DNA from: Patescibacteria group bacterium
GTDB lineage: Bacteria; Patescibacteriota; Patescibacteriia; JAZDEU01
Direction of reading: 5' to 3'
NCBI GenBank assembly: GCA_042568285.1
Contig: JBHPIX010000004.1
Coordinates: 1-38,544, forward strand
DNA: 38,544 bases
In this document: one piece after another, positions 28,164 to 36,898 of the stretch
Layout: the number at the start of each line of letters is the position of its first letter
Numbering within the stretch: the first letter of the stretch is position 1
The notes under the pieces: model-generated
What the model was told of the DNA's origin: nothing
Databases searched by the model: none
Seen by the model: the letters and a program-made list of their open reading frames with translations, nothing else
Translations under genes and position numbers: made by a program

Positions 28164-28748
28164 TTACTCCTGGTAATAACCAAGAAGATTTTTTACTGAA
28201 ACACTTCCGTCGGCACTTAAAACGAAAGTTACACCTTCCAATTCTTTGATTTTTAGATCAACTAAATTCCCACCAAGAATTTTGTTGACGAGCATTTCAA
28301 TCGTAGGGCTGTGACTGACGAGAAGGCAAGTATCATTATTATTCAACTTTAGAAACGCATATTCCAACGCCTTATACATATCATTAGTCCATCGCTCAAA
28401 ATCGTTAAAAGATGAGGTCTCTTGCAGGACTTCAAAGTTGCCTTTTCCAGTTTCCTTTTTCCTTTTCTTAAATTCGTCAATCACCATTTCCGCAAAAAGA
28501 GCGTCGGAGCCAAACCGAGGATCGATTTCTATATATTCGGTATCAACTCCTCCTCCATTTTTAGCCTTCCAGCTCACACATGCCTCTCCTGTTTCAAATG
28601 TCCTAACACAAGCAGAACCTTTGTGGAATTTATTGAAGAGCCCAACTCCCGCAATCCCATTTTTCCGAATGTCATTTAAACATTCAGCAGTAATATGATT
28701 GCCAGTTGCGTCTTTAAAGCCGTGCCTTATCATTTGTATCTTCTTCAT
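28164..28748 (-). CDS. Histidine phosphatase superfamily protein (putative)
   Basis: N-terminal IRHG, RTFET, late LVSH; own promoter and terminator. Confidence 0.6.
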   Translation of the reverse strand: MKKIQMIRHGFKDATGNHITAECLNDIRKNGIAGVGLFNKFHKGSACVRTFETGEACVSWKAKNGGGVDTEYIEIDPRFGSDALFAEMVIDEFKKRKKETGKGNFEVLQETSSFNDFERWTNDMYKALEYAFLKLNNNDTCLLVSHSPTIEMLVNKILGGNLVDLKIKELEGVTFVLSADGSVSVKNLLGYYQE

Positions 28749-29163
28749 TTTTCAATCCTTTCAAAAAAACTATTTCAGTTGCGCCAAGCCGATAAATTCG
28801 GTTTGGCAGGTTAAAAAAATGCACTGCTTTCCCCCCTTTCTTATTATTTATTTAATTTTAATGTGCGATTTAATTCAATATATCAATATAGCATACTTTA
28901 TAGAAATTGTCAAGCACAAAACTTGCCTTTTAAGCTTATTTAAGCCCTGTTTTTTAAAAAACAATCAAATTTTCAATGTTATTATTTAGCTTATATTTGA
29001 GTATTAGGGATTCCTCCGCTACGGTCGGAATGACACTAAAAAAGTTTTCTTCTTTCCACTAACGACATAAATTATTTGCATAGATTTGGCACACTCTTGC
29101 ATAGATTTAAACCTACGAGCAAAATTAAGACCTCCTACTTTTTCTACCTAAGTAGAAAAAGAC

Positions 29164-29225
29164 TTGACAAATAAGAATAACCCTGCTAAAATTACAGTAT
29201 TAGCATAAATAACCCTGCTAAAATT
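29164..29225 (+). promoter_or_regulatory. Promoter with 18-bp direct-repeat operator
   Basis: TTGACA-17-TAAAAT; AATAACCCTGCTAAAATT at 29176-29193 and 29208-29225. Confidence 0.75.
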
Positions 29226-29231
29226 TATAAT

Positions 29232-30485
29232 ATGTATATAAAAAGGGCAATAGAACACAAAATCACCCCATTTTTAGCCAAAAAAGAAGCTATTTCAATA
29301 ATTGGGCCGAGACAGGCCGGAAAAACTACTCTTATAAAGCATTTTTCTGAAAAATTACAAAAAAATGGAAAAAGAATTAAGTTTATTACATTTGAAAAAA
29401 AGGCTGATTTAGACTTATTCCAAGAAAACATTGAAGATTTTAAAGATCTTATTTCTAAATACGACTATGTTATTATTGATGAATTCCAATATGCCAAAGA
29501 AGGTGGACAAAAATTAAAGTATCTATATGATACTACAAAAATCAAATTTATCATTTCAGGATCATCATCATTAGAGCTAACATTTCAAACCGGCAAATAT
29601 ATGGTCGGCAGGATGTTAGATTTTAAATTAAATCCATTCTCTTTTAGAGAATTTTTATCTTTTAAAAATGGTGATCTTTATAACGCGCTGAAAGAAAAAA
29701 TAGATCAATCTGCTATTTTTGAATTTAACATAAAAAAAGGATTTGGAGAACAAATAACGAAAAATTTATCAGAGCTATTGGAAAAATATATCATCTATGG
29801 AGGATACCCTGCTGTAGCGCTATCTAACACTGAGGAAGAAAAACAAAAACTATTAGAAAGCATCGTTGAAAAATATTTATTGCGCGATATAAAGAGCCTT
29901 TTAAATTTAGCGACGGACGATGAGCTTATAAAATTAAGCAAATTTTTAGGTGCGCAGATTGGAAATATTGTTAAATATGGCGAGCTTTCTAACATATCAG
30001 GATTATCTTATAAAGATGTTATTAAACACTTAAATATTTTGGAAAAAACTTTTATTATAAAACTAATCAAGCCATTTTTTACTAATAGGCGGCTTGAATT
30101 AACAAAAAATCCAAAAATTTTCTTTATTGATCTTGGATTGAGGAACTATTTATTAAATGATTTTCGCCAAGCGAATATTAGAAACGACTTGGGCTCTCTG
30201 ATAGAAAACTATGCTCATAATTTAATAACATCTATGGGATTAGGCGCTGATATAAAATATTGGCGAACTAAAAGCAAAGCGGAAGTTGATTTTGTGATTG
30301 AAAAAGAGCAGAATATTTATCCAATAGAAGTGAAGTATGTTTCAAAAAGAATTGTTGGTAAAAGTTTCTATAGTTTTATTGATAAATTTAATCCAAAAAC
30401 AGGCATTATTTTAACAAAAGATTATATAGGAGAAGAAAAAATTAAAAACACTATTGTAAAATTTATTCCATTGTGTTATTTCTAA
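29232..30485 (+). CDS. AAA+ ATPase with DUF4143-type C-terminus
   Basis: GPRQAGKTT, IIDEFQ, SGSS, GGYP, PKIFFIDLG, EVDF...PIEVK. Confidence 0.9.
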   Translation: MYIKRAIEHKITPFLAKKEAISIIGPRQAGKTTLIKHFSEKLQKNGKRIKFITFEKKADLDLFQENIEDFKDLISKYDYVIIDEFQYAKEGGQKLKYLYDTTKIKFIISGSSSLELTFQTGKYMVGRMLDFKLNPFSFREFLSFKNGDLYNALKEKIDQSAIFEFNIKKGFGEQITKNLSELLEKYIIYGGYPAVALSNTEEEKQKLLESIVEKYLLRDIKSLLNLATDDELIKLSKFLGAQIGNIVKYGELSNISGLSYKDVIKHLNILEKTFIIKLIKPFFTNRRLELTKNPKIFFIDLGLRNYLLNDFRQANIRNDLGSLIENYAHNLITSMGLGADIKYWRTKSKAEVDFVIEKEQNIYPIEVKYVSKRIVGKSFYSFIDKFNPKTGIILTKDYIGEEKIKNTIVKFIPLCYF

Positions 30486-30511
30486 TTGATTAAGCTTAAC
30501 AAATCAAATAT

Positions 30512-30823
30512 ATGCGTATTGAAATAAAAAAATTCGGAACTACTTTAACATCAAGACAGCTTGGCAAAGAAGCTCTTTCCGCTTTTATGCCATCGTTAAA
30601 TGAAATCCCAAAAAAAGAAATGATAGAAGTTGATTTTGATGGAGTTGTAACACTCGCCCCTTCATGGGCTGACGAGTTTTTAACGCCAATTTTAAAAACT
30701 TACAAAAATGTACAGCTGGAAAATACTAAAAATTCATCTGTTCAAGCTACCCTTGCATTACTAAAAAAAATTTACGGTGCTGATTTTAAAACATTATTAA
30801 AATACCTTTTAACAAAAAATTGA
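30512..30823 (+). CDS. STAS-like domain protein (DUF4325-like)
   Basis: FGTTLTSRQLG, VDFDGV...PSWADEF. Confidence 0.75.
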   Translation: MRIEIKKFGTTLTSRQLGKEALSAFMPSLNEIPKKEMIEVDFDGVVTLAPSWADEFLTPILKTYKNVQLENTKNSSVQATLALLKKIYGADFKTLLKYLLTKN

Positions 30824-31169
30824 CAATTCTAAGACAGATGTCATAAAAGGTCAATCTGCCTATAATGGAAAAGCTACCGGCAGAGTAAAAATAATAAACA
30901 CTACTCCTGAAATAGCTAAAATACACTCTGGAAATATTTTAGTGTCTCACATGACGAATCCTGGAATTGTCCCAGCGATGAAACAGGCTGTTGCAATTAT
31001 AACAGATATGGGAGGCATAACATGCCACGCGGCTATAGTATCACGCGAACTTAAAAAACCTTGCATTATCGGCACCAAAATAGCAACGCAGGTTCTAAAA
31101 GACGGAGATATGGTAGAAGTTGACGCGGATAAGGGAATCGTAAGGATTTTAAAAAGACATTGCAGTTGA
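30813..31169 (+). pseudogene. Complete PEP-utilising His-swivel domain lacking its own start; 5'-truncated or frameshifted from the STAS-like ORF
   Basis: Frame open from 30813: KIDNSKTDVIKGQSAYNGKATGRVKII...GGITCHAAIVSRELKKPCIIGTKIAT. Confidence 0.8.
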
Positions 31170-31235
31170 CTTAATTTTTATTTTCTAATAAAATTAGACT
31201 ATTACTTAGACTAATCATTAGACTGATTTTAGACT
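31166..31235 (+). promoter_or_regulatory. Promoter followed by four TTAGACT direct repeats
   Basis: TTGACT-17-TAAAAT; repeats at 31194, 31206, 31218, 31229. Confidence 0.7.
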
Positions 31236-31361
31236 AATTTCATGAACAAACTAAACTCAAAACATCTAATGAATTTTTTTTATGGATAAAAAATATATTT
31301 TTATATAGGAATTAAATAAAACTATTGACTTTTTGCGTCGGTTATGCTATCCTGTATATAT

Positions 31362-31931
31362 ATGTATAGGATAAACAAACCTAAAATAGAAAAATTCGCT
31401 GAAATAGCTAAATTGGGAGAAATCCTTTTTCACACTAAAGATTTGGCTAATTTGTGGCGAATTAAAAACGAAAACACTCTATACACAACAATAAGCCGTT
31501 ATATTAAAAAAAAATTGCTTTTTAAAATATATAAAGGATTTTATTCTATAAAACCAATTGAGCAGATTGATCCATTCTTATTAGGGAGCAAGGCAATTCA
31601 CGAATATTGTTATTTAAGCGCTGAAACAGTTTTAGCGCAAGCTGGGATAATACAACAAAGCATAAATCAAATAACTTTTATCGGCAGTAAAAGAAAAAAA
31701 TTTAAAATAGAAGGAAATACTTATTCTGTAAGGCAGTTAAAAGACGAACATCTATATAATCCAGCTGGCATTATAAATAAAAACCATGTAAACATAGCTA
31801 CTCCAAATCGCGCGATTGCTGATTTGCTTTATTTTAATCCCAATGCTTATTTTGACGGTGAAAATTTAATTAACTGGAAAGAAGTTCGTGGAATTCAAAA
31901 AGCAATCGGGTATCCTTTGACGACCAAATAA
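31362..31931 (+). CDS. AbiEi-like type IV TA antitoxin / transcriptional regulator
   Basis: N-terminal wHTH-like region (L.KIYKGFYS), YLSAETVL..AGII.Q, IATPNRAIADLLY; directly upstream of AbiEii-like gene. Confidence 0.8.
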   Translation: MYRINKPKIEKFAEIAKLGEILFHTKDLANLWRIKNENTLYTTISRYIKKKLLFKIYKGFYSIKPIEQIDPFLLGSKAIHEYCYLSAETVLAQAGIIQQSINQITFIGSKRKKFKIEGNTYSVRQLKDEHLYNPAGIINKNHVNIATPNRAIADLLYFNPNAYFDGENLINWKEVRGIQKAIGYPLTTK

Positions 31932-32005
31932 AACCTCCCCCCGCCAATACGACCCATAGCCCACTTTATGACTTTATAACTTACAAACTTTTGACTCACC
32001 TACAT

Positions 32006-32749
32006 ATGATTCTCCCATCTCAAAAAGAAGCAGTCCATAAAGCATGGCTTTATAGATTACTTAAAAAAATTTCCGATAACCTGCTTTTAGCCTCTTCCTT
32101 ATATTTCAAAGGTGGCACATGCGCGGCTATGCTTGGACATTTAGATCGCTTTTCAGTTGATTTAGATTTTGATTTTGTTGCTAAAAAAAATGATGTAAAA
32201 AACATACAAAAAAATTTAGAAACAATTTTTAAAAATCTGGGACTTGAAATAAAATATAAAAGCCAGCGAACACCGCAATACTTTTTAAAATATCCAGTCA
32301 ATGGTGATGGACGAAATACAATAAAAATAGATATAACAATGCCTCCTCCAAAAGCTAATAAATATAATACAGCTACTTTTAGAGATATAGACAGGATTTT
32401 AACCTGCCAAACAATAGAAACTATGTTTGCCAACAAATTAGTCGCGCTTATTGATAGATTTGAAAAGAATAATTCTATTGCAGGCAGAGATTTATATGAC
32501 ATTCATTATTTTTTTATGCGAGAATTTAGGTATAATGCCAATGTTATCATTGAACGGAGAGGCAAAGAATTGATTCAGTTTTTTGATGAACTCATTTTAT
32601 TTATTGAAAAAAATATCACCGAAACAATCATTAATGAGGACTTAAATTATTTACTGCCAATTGATAAATTTCAAAAGATTAGAAATGTCCTAAAAAATGA
32701 AACGTTAATGTTTCTTAGAGATGAGAAAACACGGATTAAAAATAATTAA
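32006..32749 (+). CDS. AbiEii/AbiGii nucleotidyltransferase toxin
   Basis: FKGGT, RFSVDLDF, K..AL, RDLYDI. Confidence 0.9.
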   Translation: MILPSQKEAVHKAWLYRLLKKISDNLLLASSLYFKGGTCAAMLGHLDRFSVDLDFDFVAKKNDVKNIQKNLETIFKNLGLEIKYKSQRTPQYFLKYPVNGDGRNTIKIDITMPPPKANKYNTATFRDIDRILTCQTIETMFANKLVALIDRFEKNNSIAGRDLYDIHYFFMREFRYNANVIIERRGKELIQFFDELILFIEKNITETIINEDLNYLLPIDKFQKIRNVLKNETLMFLRDEKTRIKNN

Positions 32750-32761
32750 ATAATAAAATAT

Positions 32762-33739
32762 ATGAGCACAAAAACATTTAAACAAATCACAAAAAAAGAT
32801 GTTGATATCGCGGGCGGAAAAGGAGCTTCTTTGGGAGAAATGACAAACGCGAAAATGAAAATTCCTCCTGGATTTATTATATTAGCATCTACTTTTGACT
32901 CTTTTCTAAAAACGTCAAAACTGGCGACTGACAAAAATGAAAAGACAGAATTTGATTTAGATGTCGCGATTCAGGCAGAATTAAACAAAGTTAATTATAA
33001 AGACATAAATACAATTGACCGCGCGTCAAATGTTATTCACGATTTAATAAATGACGCGCAATGCCCAAGAGACATAGAAAAAGAAATTTTTGATGAGTTT
33101 AAAAAATTAGGAGCTAAAGAAGTTGCAGTTAGATCCTCTGCCACAGCTGAAGATTCTTCAATCGCGTCATGGGCGGGAGAGCTTGAAACATACCTTAATG
33201 TTAAAAAACCAGAGCTCTTATCCTCAGTAAAAAAATGTTGGGCGTCTTTATTTACACCCCGCGCGATTTTTTATAGATATGAAAAAAAACTGCATAAAAC
33301 AAAAGTTTCAGTCGCTGTAGTTGTTCAAAAAATGGTTCAATCAGATGTCTCTGGAATATGTTTTACCGCCCATCCTGTCACAAACGACAGAAACCAAATT
33401 GTTATTGAAGCAGGATATGGATTAGGAGAAGCGATTGTCGGAGGAATGATCACGCCAGACACTTACATCATAGACAAAAACAGCGGAGACCCTTATATTT
33501 TAGATAAAAATATTTCAGAACAAAAAATGATGATTACTAAAACTTCAAAAGGAACGAAAGAAACAAAAATTTTAAAGTCAAAACAGGAAAAACAAAAACT
33601 TTCTGATTCTAAAATTTTTAAATTAGCTAAAATGTGTTTGGCAATAGAAAAACATTACAAAAAACCGCAAGACATTGAATGGGCTATGGAAAAAAATATT
33701 TTATATATTACACAGTCGCGGCCTATTACTACTCTATAA
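32762..33739 (+). CDS. Stand-alone PEP/pyruvate-binding (ATP-grasp) domain of PEP synthase/PPDK family
   Basis: GGKGASLGE, VAVRSSATAED, AVVVQKMV, GLGEAIVGG, PQDIEWA, QSRPITTL then stop. Confidence 0.93.
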   Translation: MSTKTFKQITKKDVDIAGGKGASLGEMTNAKMKIPPGFIILASTFDSFLKTSKLATDKNEKTEFDLDVAIQAELNKVNYKDINTIDRASNVIHDLINDAQCPRDIEKEIFDEFKKLGAKEVAVRSSATAEDSSIASWAGELETYLNVKKPELLSSVKKCWASLFTPRAIFYRYEKKLHKTKVSVAVVVQKMVQSDVSGICFTAHPVTNDRNQIVIEAGYGLGEAIVGGMITPDTYIIDKNSGDPYILDKNISEQKMMITKTSKGTKETKILKSKQEKQKLSDSKIFKLAKMCLAIEKHYKKPQDIEWAMEKNILYITQSRPITTL

Positions 33740-33821
33740 AATTTGAGAATATCTCTTAACAAGAAAAAAGGATAGAACTATTAACTAGCTCTATCCTTAT
33801 TATTTAAAATTTTTTATCCGC

Positions 33822-34124
33822 TTACGGAAGCACCCTTTCAACCTTGTCCCAAGTAAAGGAGTATTTAACATTCTCAAAATCTAAATCTTTGAATACTATT
33901 TTTTTCGCATCCACTTTTATTGGAATCACCTTTCTATGATATAGTTGCAATTTGTCATGGTTTCCTTTAATTGTTATTTGAGAAGTTCTTCTCTCTTCAA
34001 TCCTATTAGGATTAATGGTAAAAACACAATTTTTGGGATTATTTAACAATTCCGCGAATAATCCTGCTGTTAGTCCCTGCACCTCTGGCATTTGCACATT
34101 TAATTCTTTTGTTTCTGTTGACAT
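33822..34124 (-). CDS. Hypothetical protein (100 aa)
   Basis: GGGGAG SD, terminator hairpin at about 33764-33798. Confidence 0.65.
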   Translation of the reverse strand: MSTETKELNVQMPEVQGLTAGLFAELLNNPKNCVFTINPNRIEERRTSQITIKGNHDKLQLYHRKVIPIKVDAKKIVFKDLDFENVKYSFTWDKVERVLP

Positions 34125-34203
34125 TTTAATCTCCCCATTTTAAAATATTAAGAACAATTATAGCCCTTCAAACGAGAGCTTTATATATAAAACAATACTC
34201 TAT

Positions 34204-34289
34204 TGTCATTCCGCACTTGATGCGGAATCCAGTTAGTTAAGCCAAATCTGTTGGTCATCACTGGATTCCGTGTCAAGCACGGAATGACA
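34204..34289. repeat. TGTCA-tagged paired palindromic element (no nested insert)
   Basis: TGTCATTCCGCACTTGATGCGGAATCCAG...CTGGATTCCGTGTCAAGCACGGAATGACA. Confidence 0.88.
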
Positions 34290-34293
34290 GTTT

Positions 34294-34995
34294 CTAAACA
34301 TTAACTCTAACGCCCTTCCCCATTGTGGAACATATAACAATATTTTTCATATATGTTCCTTTTGATGAAGATGGTTTTGCTTTTTTAATTTCATCAATAA
34401 AAGCTTTAAAATTTTCCACTAATTGATTTTCAGTAAAAGAAATTTTACCTATTATTTGATGGATATTAGAAGTATCATCATTTTTAAAACTAATTTTACC
34501 TTTTTTCAATTCTTCAACAGTTTTAGAAATGTTATTTGTAATTGTTTCATTTTTAGGCGAAGGCATTAATCCGCGAGGTCCTAAAATTTTAGCAATTTTT
34601 GCCAGATCTTTCATCACATCAGCTGTCGCCACTAAAACATCAAAATTAACTTTTCCGCTTGTCTTTATTTTTTCAATCATTTCTTTTCCGCCGACAATAT
34701 CAGCGCCTGCGTTTTGCGCTTCTTTTTGATTATCATCAGCTGTGATAACAGCTATCTTTTTTGTCTTTCCAATTCCATGAGGCAATACAGCGGTAGAGCG
34801 CACCATTTGGTCCCCTTTTTTAGGATCAATTCCCAATTTAATATGAATTTCTACTGATTCATCAAACTTTGCTTTCTTTGCTTCTTTAATAATTTTAACG
34901 GCTTCATCTATAGAAACTGCTTTATTTTTATCAATTTTTTCATCTTTTTCAATTTTAACAGTTTCTTCAACTTTAACATTTTTTTTCTTTTTCAT
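34294..34995 (-). CDS. rplA: 50S ribosomal protein L1
   Basis: KFDESVEIH..LGIDP, LPHGIGK, LGPRGLMP, STMGKG. Confidence 0.97.
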   Translation of the reverse strand: MKKKKNVKVEETVKIEKDEKIDKNKAVSIDEAVKIIKEAKKAKFDESVEIHIKLGIDPKKGDQMVRSTAVLPHGIGKTKKIAVITADDNQKEAQNAGADIVGGKEMIEKIKTSGKVNFDVLVATADVMKDLAKIAKILGPRGLMPSPKNETITNNISKTVEELKKGKISFKNDDTSNIHQIIGKISFTENQLVENFKAFIDEIKKAKPSSSKGTYMKNIVICSTMGKGVRVNV

Positions 34996-35006
34996 AATTT
35001 TATTAC

Positions 35007-35187
35007 GTGGTGATAATGAATTGAAATTTATACTATATTATATTAATTGTCATTCCGAGCTTGCCGAGGAATCCCTTTTACAAATAGATTCCCCGTCTCG
35101 CTAAGGCAGAGCCGAGTCGGACTCCACTTCGGTCGGAATGACAATTACGAAGATACTAGCTTAGCTAATAAAATTCAATTCTCCCAC
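35007..35187 (-). promoter_or_regulatory. Probable L1-binding leader, with a repeat element in its apical loop
   Basis: GTGG-GAG-AATTGAA ... TTCAATT-CATTATCA-CCAC just upstream of rplA. Confidence 0.6.
35048..35143. repeat. TGTCA-tagged paired element with nested 28-bp unit
   Basis: Right arm matches 38325-38381; simple arm at 29007-29035. Confidence 0.82.
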
Positions 35188-35315
35188 ATTTATATTATTT
35201 ATTAAATCTTCTTACTCAAATCCGCGTACTATCCGTTTTTCAATCCGCGTCAAATCCCTGCCCGCCTGTCTTGCTGACAGGCAAGGCGGGCGTGGCGCGT
35301 GTTCCAGCAGGAACG

Positions 35316-35738
35316 TTAAACCACTTTAATTCCCATTTGCCTTGCTGTGCCCTCAATTATTTTCATTGCTCCATTTATATCATTGGCATTTAAATCTTGC
35401 ATTTTCTTTTCTGCTATTTCTTTTACTTGATCTTTTGTAACTTTACCTACTTTTTCCTGCAATGGTTTTCCTGAACCTTTTTTAATCCCAGCCGCTTTCT
35501 TTAAAAGATCTGAAGCTGGCGGGCTTTTCATAATAAAATCATAAGTTCTATCTTCAAAAACGCTAATTTCAACAGGCACAATGTCACCCATCTGTCCTTT
35601 TGTTTTATCGTTAAATTTAGTACAAAAATCTTGGATATTCAAACCATGTTGCCCTAAAGCAGGACCAACTGGAGGAGCTGGATTTGCCTGCCCAGCCGGT
35701 ATTTGTAATTTTATAATTGTTTTTAATTTTTTCGCCAT
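35316..35738 (-). CDS. rplK: 50S ribosomal protein L11
   Basis: [18 protein letters not shown]. Confidence 0.98.
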   Translation of the reverse strand: MAKKLKTIIKLQIPAGQANPAPPVGPALGQHGLNIQDFCTKFNDKTKGQMGDIVPVEISVFEDRTYDFIMKSPPASDLLKKAAGIKKGSGKPLQEKVGKVTKDQVKEIAEKKMQDLNANDINGAMKIIEGTARQMGIKVV

Positions 35739-35770
35739 ATGCTATATATACAAATATATAATTTATCTTT

Positions 35771-35878
35771 TGTCATTCCGTGCTTGCCTCGCCGATTCGG
35801 CGGGCTTGACACGGAATCTATGTTAAAAAATTCTATTTTATTACTTTAGCTAGATCCCGCATCAAGCGCGGGATGACA
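35771..35878. repeat. TGTCA-tagged paired element, inverted relative to 9202 and 10390
   Basis: Contains the same nested insert in reverse orientation. Confidence 0.85.
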
Positions 35879-35941
35879 ATATTAATATAACTTATTATAT
35901 ATTTGTGAATTTGTGAAATGATTTGTAGATTTGTGGGAATA

Positions 35942-36484
35942 TTAAATTTTCCTAACTTGTAAAAAGTCTAATTCTACTGGAGTCTCGCGACCAAACATGG
36001 ACACCAATACTTTTATCTTGCCTCTTTCTTCATCAACATTAGACACCTTGCCTTCATATCCCTTAAATGGTCCATCAGTAATTTTAACTGGAGATCCAAC
36101 TGTTACATCAATTTTATATTTTGGCTCATCAACTCCCATTCTTTTCTGCAAATCTTTAATCTCTTTTTCTGAAACAGGAGTTGGAACTGTTCCAGTGCCA
36201 ATAAATCCTGTCACATTCGGTGTATTCCTAACAACATACCACGAATCATCTGTAACTATCATCTCAACCATAACATATCCTGGAAATATTTTTTCAGTTA
36301 CTATTTTTCTTTTTCCATTTTTTATCTTAATTTTTTTTTCTGTTGGTATTAAAATGTTAAAAATCTTATCTTCCATGTCCATTGACTTAATCCTTTGCTG
36401 TAAATTATTTGACACATTTTCCTCATAGCCTGAATAAGTATGAATAACATACCATCTTTTTCCTCGTTGTATTTGTTTAGGCAT
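35942..36484 (-). CDS. nusG: Transcription factor NusG
   Basis: WYVIHTYSGYE, FPGY, VRNTPNVTGF, GPF, FGRETPVEL. Confidence 0.98.
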   Translation of the reverse strand: MPKQIQRGKRWYVIHTYSGYEENVSNNLQQRIKSMDMEDKIFNILIPTEKKIKIKNGKRKIVTEKIFPGYVMVEMIVTDDSWYVVRNTPNVTGFIGTGTVPTPVSEKEIKDLQKRMGVDEPKYKIDVTVGSPVKITDGPFKGYEGKVSNVDEERGKIKVLVSMFGRETPVELDFLQVRKI

Positions 36485-36608
36485 ATATATTGTATCGGTA
36501 TATTTCGTTCTTATTTATTCTTACCAAGTTTCACATTCTATCTGTTTTTATAATACTCTTTACACGAAACCACACGAATAAGAACACGAAATTACACGAA
36601 AATTTGAA

Positions 36609-36806
36609 TTACCTTATAATAAACTTTTCTAAGCCCATTGCGAAAATATAATCCACAAATCCTAAAAATGCTGCGACAATCAAACATAAAACAATAACTA
36701 CCCAAGTATGATTTTTTACGTCCTTTTTACTTGGCCAGACTACTTTTTTAAGTTCATCATAACATTCCATTACATATTTTGCTATCGCGCTATTTTTTAA
36801 GTCCAT
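36609..36806 (-). CDS. secE: Preprotein translocase SecE
   Basis: ELKKVVWP plus TM helix, upstream of nusG. Confidence 0.93.
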   Translation of the reverse strand: MDLKNSAIAKYVMECYDELKKVVWPSKKDVKNHTWVVIVLCLIVAAFLGFVDYIFAMGLEKFIIR

Positions 36807-36898
36807 ATATTTTAAATTATTATTTAATTGATACTAAAAAAGATATCCGCTTTTGAATATATCCTTTACTAACATAATACTACATTTAAAAAATTTTG

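Noticed and set aside
25352-33800. Prophage, ICE or classical integron
   Set aside because: No integrase, relaxase or phage structural gene, and no convincing attC or att repeats seen.
782-36428. Many antisense or overlapping ORFs in the track (for example 793-1140, 5327-5722, 11859-12284, 21462-21857, 32050-32502, 35997-36428)
   Set aside because: Shadow frames of well-supported genes with no motifs.
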